A stretch of 64,000 nt of DNA from the human T2T-CHM13v2.0 reference genome, Homo sapiens. Within the stretch, counting starts at the first letter, position 1. Every line of letters begins with the position of its first letter. Location: the NCBI RefSeq assembly GCF_009914755.1, contig NC_060928.1. One strand, 5' to 3'. A model generated the notes under the pieces. It ran no database searches. It was not told the DNA's origin and saw nothing but the letters and a program-made list of their open reading frames with translations. A program made the translations under genes and the position numbers. Shown piece by piece: positions 14,721 through 26,852 of this stretch.

Positions 14721-15395
14721 ATCAACTGTATTTTTAAAATATGTATCTATAAGGAATATTTTACAATGCTGAGAGCACAATTTTAATTCTTCAAGTATAA
14801 AATAAACAACACAATAAAAAAGAGAAAAGAGATGAGAAAAAACTGAGCAGGAATGTTTCTCCTAAGGATAGATGGTTTCATAACTGATTGTTATCAAATA
14901 TTTATTTGTTCTCTGAGGCCATGTGTATGTTTGTCCTCAGTGGATTTTATGTTGCCAGATTGCTTCTTACTCATTGACTCATCTTCTTTCATGTTCTTTT
15001 GTAGTTTTCCATGTATTCATGCTGCTTTTAGCTTGGCTTGTCTGATTTCTATGTACTTTCATTACCCCTATTCTTCAGTATAAAACAAATGGTAAATACA
15101 AACTCTGAGACCTGAAGACTTGGGGCATGTGGCTTCCTGGAATAAATGTCTCATTATAAAGCACTCATAAAAAATCTTCCATCCAAAATCAATTATAGCT
15201 TTAGGTTTTCAAGCGCACAGAAAAATATAGAAAACCAACATTACACTCAAAGTAAAAACGACAGCAGCAGTAACTCTGGCATAAAAATATTTGCTGCTGC
15301 CTACTGTATTTGTCTCAATGGAAAGACCAATTCATTTAACAGGCTATTCTTTTTTAGAAAGCACTAACATGTCAGCTAAACAGAGACTATGATAG

Positions 15396-16025
15396 TGTCA
15401 GAGGTGTTTGGCAGAGCGGCTCCATCTTGAATATGAGCTGTGTAAAATAAGGCTGAGACCTGCTGGGCTGCATTCCCAGGAGGTTAGGCATTCTTAGTCA
15501 CAGGGTGAGATAGGAGGTTGGCAAAAGGTACGGGTCACAAAGACCTTGCTGATAAAAGGATGCGCTAAAGAAGCTGGCCAAAACCTACCAAAACCAAGAT
15601 GTTGACGGAAGTGACCTCTGGTCATCCTCACTGCTCATTATTTCCTAATTATAATGTATTAGCATGCTAAAAGACATTTCCCCCCCAGTGTCAGGACAGT
15701 TTATAAATGTCATGGCAACATCAGCAAGTTACCCTATACGGTCAAAAATAGGAGGAAGCCTCAGTTCCAGGAATTGCCCACCCCTTTCCGAGAAAATTCA
15801 TGAATAATTCACCCCTCATGTGGCATATAATCAAGAAGTAACTATGAGTATACTTTGTTGAGCAGCATGCCACTGCTCTGCCTCTGGAGTTGCCATTGTC
15901 ATGTTCCTTTACTTTCTTAATAAACTTGCTTTCATTTTACTCTATGGACTCGCCCCAAATTCTTTCTTGCACGAGGTCCAAAAACCCTCTCTTGGGGTCT
16001 GGATTGGGACCCCTTTCAGGTAACA
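15396..16025 (+). mobile_element. MER41B solo LTR (ERV1)
   Basis: TGTCAGAGG...ctccatcttgaat start and gggacccctttcaggTAACA end, 630 bp long, with flanks atag/atat. Confidence 0.93.
15765..15794. promoter_or_regulatory. Tandem GAS (STAT) motifs within MER41B
   Basis: TTCCAGGAA (15765-15773) and TTCCGAGAA (15786-15794) both fit TTCN3GAA. Activity is not shown. Confidence 0.6.
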
Positions 16026-16624
16026 ATATGATGCTATTTATTACACAGTAGGAATAACTGACTTATTTACTCTTTGTCTAAAAAGATTTAAAAAAAGAAA
16101 CCCAAGATTTGACATTCTAGACTATTTCAAAAAAATTGTCAAATCCTGTTACAAGATAGGTAGATGGGATATAATATCAACTTGGCTAGGGATGATATTT
16201 GCTATATCTTTGCCAGTGTGCTCCCATGCGGTTGGTATTTGTACAATATTCAGTGTAATGGTGCACCCTCCATCTTTCTGGCTGCCTCTGCCTGCCTTAG
16301 GATAGCATCTGTGGAAAGTAAGTAGGCATGTTAAAACAAAGGAATGATCATCAGTACTGACTGGAGTGAGAGTTGCTATGGACCTTCCTAATACTTTAGA
16401 GGCTGGCAGAATAACTCAATGTTATTCTGTGGAATAACATTCTTCTATGTGGAATTCTTCTATGTGGAAATCACATAGAAGAAAGTTGAAAGAATTGTTG
16501 AAGCAATGTCTTTGAGCAGATTAGAGTAAATGGAATATTAGTGCATAAGTGGTGAGGTTAGCCTTAGATAAAGACTCATCTGTAGAAACAACAGATAGAT
16601 GGCAGAGCATATACAGGACAGATT

Positions 16625-17771
16625 GAGGCTGGCTACATACTTTGTGACCCAAATGCAAAATGAAAACATGGGGCCCTGGTTAAGGGAAGTCAATCTATTT
16701 TCCTCAGGAGCTGGCTGCCCCAACCACAGTGGATGGGCATATTAAGTTAAGGTTCTCCAGAGAAGCAGAACCTGTAGGGTGTGTGTGTGTGTGTGTGTGT
16801 GTCTGTGTGTGTGTGTATGTGTGTGTGCAATTGTTGAGGCAAGAAAGTCCAAAATCTTCCTTCCCAGGCTGGAAACCTGGAAAGAACTGACGCTGCAGTT
16901 CAAGTCCGAAGGTAATCTGCTGGCAGAATCCCCTCTCACTTGTGATGGGTCAGTCTTTTGTTGTATTGAAGCCTTCAACTAATTGGAAGAGGTCCACGCA
17001 CGCATATTATGGAGGGCAATCTGCTTTAAAAATCTACCAATTTAAATGCTAATTGCATCAAAAATACCCTTATAGAAACATTCAGAATAATGTTTGACAA
17101 CATATCTGGGCATTTTGGTCCCACCAAGTTGACACATAAAATTAACCCTCACAATGGGTAACCCCTGAAGAGACTACATCTTTTCCCCAAGATGTACTCA
17201 GGACTTGGATCAGAAGTGGGCGAGAGGCCCCTGCCTAGATGCCTGTTGCATGAACTGTCCAGCTGCCACACCAGCTTTCCTTGCCTTGCTCCGAGATGCC
17301 CACAGGGGTGTGCCTGACCCTGACCCACCCTGCACTAGGGCCCAGGTCTTCTTCCGGGCATGGAGGGTGACAGCAGAATTCAGACCACCAGTCCAACCCA
17401 ACCTGCAACCCTATGTGGAGGGTGTCAGGGGAGGGGAAGGCTGGGGCAGAGATTGAGTGAACAAGAACCCATCTGGGTCAGGCAGAGAAGCAGTACGAGG
17501 CAGGACCTGTGAGCTGTTTCCAAGTCCCTCAAGGGTGCTCTGTTGTCATATTGGACTTCACACAAAACACGAATTCAAAGACAAAAGTGTTAAGAATTGT
17601 TATTTTAAGACGGGATCCACAGAGGATTAAACCCTGAGTGCAGTGCCTTCTGAGTATGGGTCCCTATGTGATTGCACTTGTCCCACAGCCATGAAGTGAG
17701 TGTAGTCCCTTCTAAGCATGGGTCCATAGGTGATTGCGCTGGTCCCACAGCCATAAAGTGTAACCCAGCCC
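16625..17771 (+). mobile_element. MER45-family hAT-Tip100 DNA transposon, split by an MLT2 LTR
   Basis: 5' end ggctggctacat...tgcaaaatgaaaacatggggccc and 3' end cttctaagcatgggtcc...gccataaag resemble recalled MER45 termini. Confidence 0.7.
16738..17153 (-). mobile_element. MLT2 (ERVL) solo LTR containing a (TG)n tract at 16779-16827
   Basis: ggttctccagagaagcagaacc start and caagttgacacataaaattaaccctcaca end, with a perfect 5-bp TSD atggg. Confidence 0.9.
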
Positions 17772-18305
17772 AGATGGAGATAGGTAATGTCTTAGTGAAG
17801 CTTGCGGAATTTTTGATTACTTTTATTTTCTCAATAAAAAGAGATTATCAACTAAGGAAAGAATTAGTGGTGGTGCTCTTAGGAGACAAAAAGAAATTAA
17901 ATCATTTAGGAAGAGTAGAAGAGAGAGGAAATGAACTAGAGAAAGCAGCTCAAGGGCCCTATTTGCATTTAAGTAATGAATTTTTAAAAAGACCAAGCCA
18001 CAAGATGGTGTGATTTTCTCCAGCCACATTCAGATGTGTAGGTGCAGCAGGGAGGGGTATGTGAAGAGTTGGATTTAACCGGAACTGGAATTTTTTTTTT
18101 CCAGGAAAACATGATGAAGGAAAAGAGGGCTAAAGAATTGAGCTTGTATATAAAGAGGTGATATCAATGTCAGAACATGGCCAAAAATAACCCAAAACCA
18201 AAACAAAAAACAAAAATCATAGATTTCTTAGTAAATTTCAGACACTTTGTTCCAGATAGATTACCTTCATTATGTCATTAATCTTCAAAACATTATTTGA
18301 TATTG

Positions 18306-18600
18306 TATTCATTCATTTCACTGATATTTAAATATTTGTTGAGTACCTATTACGTGGCAAGGACTTTACCTCAGCTGTTGCTCATTCACAGAGGTTTGGA
18401 CTTTAATGGGGCAGGAAAATCACAATAACCACAAATAAATGAATAGGAAAATTTCAGGTAATGGGAAGTCCTTCAAGGACAATGTAATTGAGTAAGAAAG
18501 TACAGACTGAACGTGGTTGGAGAGGATACTAAATCAAGTGTTTTGAAAAAGTCTTTCTGAGATGACAACTGAGCTGAAACAAGGATGAGAAAATACACAC
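18306..18600 (-). mobile_element. L2 3' end relic
   Basis: ttcattcatt...atatttgttgagtacctattacgtggcaagg, the antisense L2 tail. Confidence 0.6.
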
Positions 18601-20989
18601 TCTCCAACACACACAAAGTTAATTTGAGCAGAGGATGATGAGATAAGGCATACATTCATAAGAGCAGCTGAAATACAGTTAAGCAGATGGGGGCCATTCA
18701 CTATATAGTCTATGCCTAGCACAGTCTATGTGAATGGTGCCCCTCAGAGATTTGCAGAGCACAACTTGCACATAGGATCCTAAATTAAGGGAACTTAATG
18801 TTCAAGTGGGTGTTATATAGCAAATCCTCTGCTGAATTATCTCATCTAATCGCAAACACGTAATTAATGTACACGTATAAATCACTACTCTCTCTGTATA
18901 CATAATATATATGATAAATATGATATGTTAAATATAAATATATATTGAATATCATATATATTTAAATTACCAACAGCTGTGGATTTCCATTCTCTAGGAA
19001 TTGGAGAAACTTCTTAACCACGTGAGGTTAAACTCTTTGTTTCTGTTTGTATCTGGTACCTATTTTTCTGTTCTTTTGTTGCTGCTGCTGATTTGTGTGT
19101 GTGTTCTCCACTGTTCTTCTGTCACACATGTCTGTGCTTGAATGCCATTTACTTTTAGCAGAAAGCTTATTTAATACTCTGTAGAAAATACCTGGTTTCC
19201 ACTTCTACGATTACACAAGGTTCATTAAAATACAGAGTCATTACCTATTGTATTGTCTGTGGGGCTCCGATTTTCTTCCCTATGCCCTGCAAAATACCTG
19301 TCAACAGTTTTATTTACGAACACTCTGATTGGTTGTCTCTGCTCTGAGTGATGTCTGTTCTTTCATCAGATGTCCCAGTGTTCTCTGGTCTTTCAGCACG
19401 GCTTCCCTGGGAAGAAATTTTATCCTCTGTTTCATTATGACAAAGTAAAATTTTTTGATTGGGTATCAACTTAAAAGGACTCTCCATTGGGCAAAAACAT
19501 GAATATCATAACAGTTATAATACAATGTAATTATCCATATTCTAAATTATATATTCTCCTGGATTTGCCTGTGTAACTCCTTAATGACCATTGTATCACA
19601 AAATGAAAAGAACCGTAGACTAGGAATCAGAAGGTCTGTGTTCTGGAATTGTTGCTGATACTTATCACCAAGCTACTAAACATTGTTGATTACTATTTTT
19701 TCTCTTTAAGCAGGTGTGATGATCCAGGTGTAGCCTACCGTGTTCTTCTGATGACCAAAGAGATAATGTGGGTATAGATGGTTTGTACACCAAAAAAAAA
19801 AAACCAAAAAAAAAAACCACACACCACTTTGCAGACCTAAGGCATCATTATACAGGTAATTTTTCTGATGGTGTCTCTGTAACACATTTATTTTAAGATC
19901 ATAATTAAGAAAGGTCATAAAAGGATACAAGTGAAATGACATCTCTAGCCAAAGATAATTATATGGAATATTGAAACATGACACTATCGCACAAAAGTAA
20001 AAATATTTTGCCACGGAAAACCTTGCCCTTACTGTCCAGGAGATGGGGTTAAAGATATTAACAATAATTGATCTTTTTGTGAATATGAGTCATGAGAAAT
20101 TGAACTGTCCTAATGTACTAATGACTTAAAAGCTTATGAAATGACCAAAATACATTCTTACACATGAGACAGAACATTGTGGCCTTACAAAGTACTGAGG
20201 TTATGTAGCTGCCTTAAAAAACACCAAAGCGGAAGAAGTCTTACTGTCTTGTTTAACCCCTGTTTATTGAAGAAATGAAGTTTCATTAACAAATTGTTAC
20301 TAAAATAAAAAAACTTTAATAAAAAATTGATATGGAGAAAGGGATTTGGAAGGACCATGGAGGTGACAGGAATTCAAAGGATAAATAAATGAATAAGAAT
20401 AGTTCATTTTAGAAGTGAAGTGACCCCTTTAAATAAAATGAATCTAAGAACTTCCATCAGTTGGCATTGATTGGAGAATCAGCAGATAGAAAGGGGTTGC
20501 TGTATTCATTGTTACCAATTCTGTCTCCTTGGTTTTTACTTCTATCTGGGGTTCTCTATTTTTCCTACTGCCATTAATATGCTGGTCCCCAGGGCTTCCC
20601 CTTAGTATACCAACAACCCTGCCTTAAATCTTTTAGCCTAAATCTGAATCTATGAAGCCTTAGTCTAAACTGAAACCAGTGTTAAATTTGGATTCTCAGA
20701 AATGTCACTTCCACCAGATTTCATGTTCTTGATATCGTAGGTCACAATCCAAGCACAAGTTCCCAATTTCTTCTCTGACCCATCGGTCATTTCCACTCTG
20801 CCTAACAGATCATTCATTTACATGTTAAACCTCTTCACAGGATACTACCTTTACTATCTAGATTAAGTAGAAAACTTCCCTCTTCAAAAATACCACATTC
20901 CCTGTAGCCATCTAAGCAGAAAATGTCCATCCTCTCAATCTACCAAATCTACCAAAATATCGAAATGTGGAGAATTTTTAGTCTGAATA

Positions 20990-21850
20990 AATTAGAAGCC
21001 AGAGAGTTTTCAACAGAGAAGTGATATGATCTATTAAACTTTTTGAAAGAGCCACTCTGAGTGACATAAGTGAGTGAACACAAAAAGGAATATATTTCAA
21101 TAATCCAAGTGATTGATAATGGTCTCTTGCACTAGCATGTTAGTGATTACAGGTGGTTAAAACATGGTGAGGCCTTGAATATTTTTAAAGGTAGAACTAT
21201 CAACATTTGATGTTGAATTGGAAGGGGATGTGAGAAAAGAAGAGGCAAATATGTCTTGTGTGTATGCACATGCGAGTGTGTGTTTATTTCCTAATCAGGA
21301 GGGTGAAAGAGGGTGTCATATTGATCTGGAGAAGACTAGGGAAGGAAGAGGATTATTTAGTAGGGGTGGTGGTAAAGAAGTTCAAAAATTCTGCTTTGGA
21401 CATGTGAGTTTAAAATGCCAATTAGATATTTATGAAGAGATTATTAAAAAAAAAGAAAGAGAGAGAGACTGAATTGTCAAATTTGGGATTAAGGGAAGAG
21501 TTTGGAGCTGGATACATAAATTTAGAAGTTTTCTGAACAGAGGTGGTATTTAAAGGCTTGAGACTGGAGATTACTCAGAGAATAAATACACCCAGAGAAG
21601 ATTAACAATACAAATACTGTACACACAAATGTAGATAGGATGTGGTAGAATGACAAGGGATACCGAGAAGGAGCAACAAGGGAAGCAGAGAGAATCAAGA
21701 GAGAAAGGCCTTTTGAGAACAAGTGAAAAAAAGCTTCTCAAGCAGGAGGAAACCATCAATTGATGCTGACAAGTCCAAATGATGATAAAAGGACAGATAT
21801 TTCCAGGAAATAGTTCTTTGGATTTAGGAGTTCTCGGTGTGGACAGCTCA
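20990..21850 (-). mobile_element. L2 LINE relic
   Basis: Antisense L2 blocks (gagaagtgatatgatct; ttggacatgtgagttt; gagctggatacataaattt; ggtatttaaagg). Confidence 0.7.
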
Positions 21851-22064
21851 TTTCCTGCATTTAATTGAGGATCTTTAGAAAGCCCTGTCACTAGAGAAAA
21901 ATAATGTTTTCCAAGTTTCCAAAGAACCCATTTTAGATGAAACTCTAGGTATGAACAATAGTCAGCAATAACAACAATGGCAAAGATAGATAACATAATT
22001 AGGAATAAACAAAATAAGAAAAGTATAGGATCTGAATGAAAATAAAAGCTTTACTGAGGGATAC

Positions 22065-22493
22065 CGTGGTGGGAAGAATAAGGGCCCTCCAAAGATGTCT
22101 GTGTTATAATTCCTGAAACCTGTGAACAAATTACCTTGCTTGGCAAAGGGAACTTTGCAGATCATATTAAGGATCTTGAGATAAAGTGATTATTCTACAT
22201 TATCCGGGTAGTCCCAAAGTAATCGCTACGGTCTTTAAAAGAGGAAGGCAGGAGATCAGAGTCAGAGGACATGTGACTCTTCTGAAAGAGGTCAGAGGGA
22301 TATGGGGCTACTCGCAAGGAATGCAGTCAGCCTCTAGAAGCTGAAAAAGATAAAGAAATTGTTTCTCCCATAAAGCTCTGCCAACTCATTTTAGACCTCT
22401 GACTTCAAGAACTTTATGGTAATGCATTTGTTTATTCTCTAAGCCACTATACTTGTGGTAATTTCTTACAACCAAAAACAGGAAATTGATACA
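22065..22493 (+). mobile_element. MLT1 (MLT1D-like) MaLR solo LTR
   Basis: ggcaaagggaactttgcagat..attaaggatcttgagat block and end ttgtggtaatttcttaca...aattgataca. Confidence 0.88.
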
Positions 22494-24417
22494 GATTTTA
22501 AAAGACTTGAACCAATAGTAAGAAATCCCTTATCATTCATAGAGAGATATCTGTATATGCCTGGAAAGGTTTTTGGGAAGACTCCCAGTTGGATAGTAAG
22601 ACTTGGAACAGCCTTAGGGGAGAACATTTTACTTCATCTTTTATCCTCTTGTGCTGTTAGAATCTTTTTTTAAAAAATTAACCATCTGTATGTATCACTT
22701 TTTATACATTTTTGAACATGCCTCCAATGGGATGAAACTTAAACCAATTCATTTCTAGTCACTGCACTAGGGTAGTTTCACCCACCATTAGTGAGTCAGA
22801 ATGCTTCTGCCACTGTGAAGGACAAGAAGGTTTTGAGAAAGAAATGTGTGAACAGTTGGTTTGTCCTGCTGCCCTTAAATTTAAGCAGTCATGTTTTATA
22901 CCTTAGCATAGAAACATACAAAACCTAGAATCATAGAGAAAATGTAGCTAAGGTTTTCAAGCTTTGCCAGATACTCTGCAGACCAAATAATATCGAATCA
23001 TCAAATGATAGTGTTTTCTTATATTTATAAATTATAATAGCTTTGAGGCAAATTTTGTATATCTACCCGTTATTGTTCATTTCCTCCTAGAAAAATGATT
23101 TAAATCAGGGGGGAAAAAGAATGATAGAACAGTTCATGAATAATAGCTCAAGGTTTAGATAAATGAGGATTTTGGTAGAGAACTGCGGTTATTCAGTATA
23201 TGGTATTTTACTTGAATAATAACTGGGTAATGTGTGAAAAGGCATAAATGTGGCTGTTTAAGCAAGCAGCGTGTTTTACTTAATGCAAATCACTAAGATG
23301 CAAATCCCTTTTGCAAACCCTCAGCATGTCTGTTTCATTATAAAATGATGCCACTGACGATGATCAAAGCAATAACTGTGTGTATGACTGAGAAGAACAA
23401 GATGCAATCAACAGGGCTTTCCTATTTGGGGACATTTACAAAACTAATATTTGCTTATTGTGGTAGACAGTTGTTTCTTGCTTTTTCAACCGCAAACTAT
23501 TCGGATTGCTGCACATTCACTGTTAGGCTACATGTTGCTGTTCTTTCTCGGAAGGCCACACGTGATATCATTTGCTGTCGTACTTTCATGTTTCCTCAGG
23601 TTACCACACTTTGGTTCTATATAACAAACTACATAGGATGGTACAGGACTTCAGTCTTATTCAAGGATATCATAAATTTAACCAATTCACCTACTACTAC
23701 CTATATTCCCTAATAACTATTTTTAAAATTCCAAAGCCCAGCAATATTTCTAGTAAACACAATTTTGGCATTCTATCCTTACACACTAAAATAAACCTTT
23801 TCTTTCTACATAAAGAAGCTTCATAATATTTTATAAAATTGGCCTAAAATAGTAGACATGCTTATTTTTTAAATATGAGAATTTTACTTGAATAGAAAGT
23901 ACCATGTACTTCACTACTCTTTCATAGAATTTGAATACAAATTGTATGCTCCTTGGAAACTTAGCATGTATATTGCAACCAAAGAATCTCTTAATTTTTT
24001 CCTGTTAATATTAATCTTTTTCATGTTCCCAAAAGTATTCATTTCTAGCTAAGAAATTCAAATGCTGTAAAGCAGGATTTACATGTTATTAGATAATAAT
24101 GGAAACTGAATGTGAATTCAGAAGATAACTACTACATAAAGGCAGTGATTTGATCCTTCAGTGATTGTAGTTTCTTCCATTTTTCTTTTTACTGTTTAAT
24201 TCTGAGAGAAAGCAAATAAAGAAACTGGTGTGATGCTCACTCGACAGGGGTTTTCAATGATGTTCATTTGACTTCATGAATTTGGGTTTGCAAAACAGGC
24301 ACTTGGTACTTTACCTGTAATTAACAGGTGTTGTCATCAGCAAAATCAAGGCTGTGCCACTGATAGCATTTACTATAAAAATTTTACAACTTTAGGACCA
24401 TAGTTAATAGTAGTGTA

Positions 24418-25109
24418 CAGCAGTCTTCTCTTATTTGCGGGGAATAAATTCTAAGACCCCTAATGGATTTCTGAAATTGCAGAGAGTACCAAACCCTATA
24501 CATGCTACGTATTTTTTCCTTATGTATACACACCTATGATAAGGTTTAATTTATAAATTAGGCACAGTAAGATATTAACAATTATTAATATTAACAAAAC
24601 AATGATAATACATATGCTGTAATAAAAGTTATATGAATGTAGTCTCTCTCTTTTTCTAAAAATATCTTACGGTGCTGAACGCACGCTTTTTCTTGTAATG
24701 ATGTGAGATGATACAATGCTCTACATGATGTCATGAAGTGAGGTGAATGACACAGGCATTGTGACCTAGCATTAGGCTACTATTGACTCTCTGATCATTC
24801 GTCAGAAACAAAATCATTTGCTTTGGGTGATCCTGGATCATGAAGCCATGATGGTGTTGATGGTTGGATGTCAGATGCAGATGATGTTGGTGGCTAACTA
24901 GAGAGTAGTGTATATAGGAAGGATTCACTTCCTGGGCAGGATGGAATGGGATGGCACAAAATTTCATCACACTGCTCAGAACAAGACAGAATTTAAAACT
25001 CATGAATTGTTTATTTCTGGAATTTTCCACTTGATACTTTCAGACTGCAGCTGACCCTGGGAAACTGCAACCATTGGAAAGTGAAACCACAGATAAGGGA
25101 TGACTACTG
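24418..25109. mobile_element. MER44 (Tigger7-derived) DNA transposon
   Basis: TIRs cagcagtcttctcttat / ataagggatgactactg, TA on the left flank, and the MER44 body (gtttaatttataaattaggcacagtaaga). Confidence 0.88.
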
Positions 25110-25343
25110 AATTGTATTTGGGATTTTTGCTAAATGAGTGGGTTACAGCTGCTCCTGCCATAAAAAAAACTATGTAACTATGTAAGATGAAGATAAGGAA
25201 TCATCATGATGTTATGAAATACAAAGAGATAAGAAAAAGATGCAAACTACTATGCATCACTATTGTAACCGTTTTCCTATTTGTATTCCATAACGTCATG
25301 TTTTGTAAATTAAGTATATACAATAAAATTTATTTTAAAAAAG
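25110..25343 (+). mobile_element. L1MA 3' terminus; its upstream part lies at about 24394-24417, before the MER44
   Basis: gatttttgctaaatgagt...tatgtaactatgtaagatg...aataaaatttatttt followed by an A-rich end. Confidence 0.7.
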
Positions 25344-26449
25344 AATTTATATGTTCTCCATTCACCAGTATTAATGAAAACAGGACATTTAGCAATTGCC
25401 AAATATATCATTTGTCATAAAATAATACTGAAATGTGGAAGGTTTTAAACAAACATGGTTTCAAATGTAACCTTTTTCTTAACATTATCAAGTATTGCTA
25501 ATGTGATAGTTAATTATTGTTAATGCAACACTCTATAAAAGGCGCTATGTTCTTTCTCTGCTCACTTGAAACAACAAAATATTCATGACAACAGCCATTT
25601 AGGCTTCTCGTAATCTATGTATTTATGAAATGTGAGCCCTATGCTATGCACAGTATAATTCACTAAGCATAATTGAATAGCGAACAATATAGAGTGGGGT
25701 TGACAGTTTAGAGTCCTCCACGTTAAGGAAATGGTGAAAACTCTCTGCTGGATGCAATGGCTTCCATTCTCTCCTTTCACTTTCTGTTTGTCTTCAATTT
25801 TGCCGGCCTCCAGTGTTGGAGAATGCGATGAGGTATTATCTGCTCTTTTTGCTTAAAAGTCATTTGGCAATTCCCAGTCTAAAGAGATAGCAGGTGTTAC
25901 TGTGTCTGAGGCCCACTCAGTCAGTTTTCTGGGATGGTGAGCTGTCTCTCGAAGTGAAAAAGAGAGAAAAATAAGTCTTGTGATAAAGCTCCAAATATGT
26001 AATCTTGAATGAAGCATGTTGTATTTCTAATCAGTGGGAAACTTTGAAGCTACTCGGCCATTCATTTAAACTTTATATCTTTGTCTTTGAAGCTTAAAAG
26101 GAATGTAGTTTCTAATCTATGATGTATTATTCATTTTATTAAACACAAAATTTTATTATATTTCAGTCTTTTAATCAAAATTTTAATCATATTGATATTT
26201 ATCAATGTATTCATTCATGCATCCTATCAACAGACATTTATTTAATGTCTACCACATGGAAAATATTGTAATAGGCAATAGGGATACAGAGTATAACACA
26301 GACCTGGGTCCTACGCTTATTAAACTTTTTATTTTACTCAATTATAGATATTAAACAATTCTGTTTTGCTAGGCATAGTATTTCTCTTTGCTAGAATCTG
26401 CCTTGAACACTTGAGATGCTGACTCTTTATGACTAGAGGATAGAAAACT

Positions 26450-26766
26450 TGTTTTCTTTTTTTACTTTTGCTTTTTGTAGATGTAGAATCTTGCTCTGTC
26501 ACTCAGGATGAAGTGCTGCTGTGTGATCTTAGCTCACTGCAGCCTCAGACTCCTGGGCTCAAACTATCCTCCTGCCTCAGCCTCTGAAGTAACTGGGATT
26601 ATAGGTGCACACCACCATGCCTGGATTTTTTCTTTTCTTTTTTTTTTTTTTTGTGAGACAAGTTCTCACTATGTTGCCCAGGCTGGTCTCAAATTCCTGG
26701 GCTCAAGTGATCCTTCTGCCTCAGCCTTCCAAAGTGTTAGGATTATGTCAGCCACTGTGCCTGGCC
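26450..26766 (-). mobile_element. AluJ
   Basis: Diverged antisense dimer with J diagnostics (cactatgttgcccaggctgg; ctgggctcaag). Confidence 0.92.
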
Positions 26767-26852
26767 ACAGTTTTCTTTAGTAAAAGGGTCCCAAAGTAGG
26801 GTTGCTTGGGCCATGATGTGTTATACAATTTAGCTAAGCAGATATTTCACTA

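Noticed and set aside
19100-19460. Unique segment that looked like a conserved non-coding element
   Set aside because: No distinctive motif cluster, and conservation cannot be judged from a single sequence.
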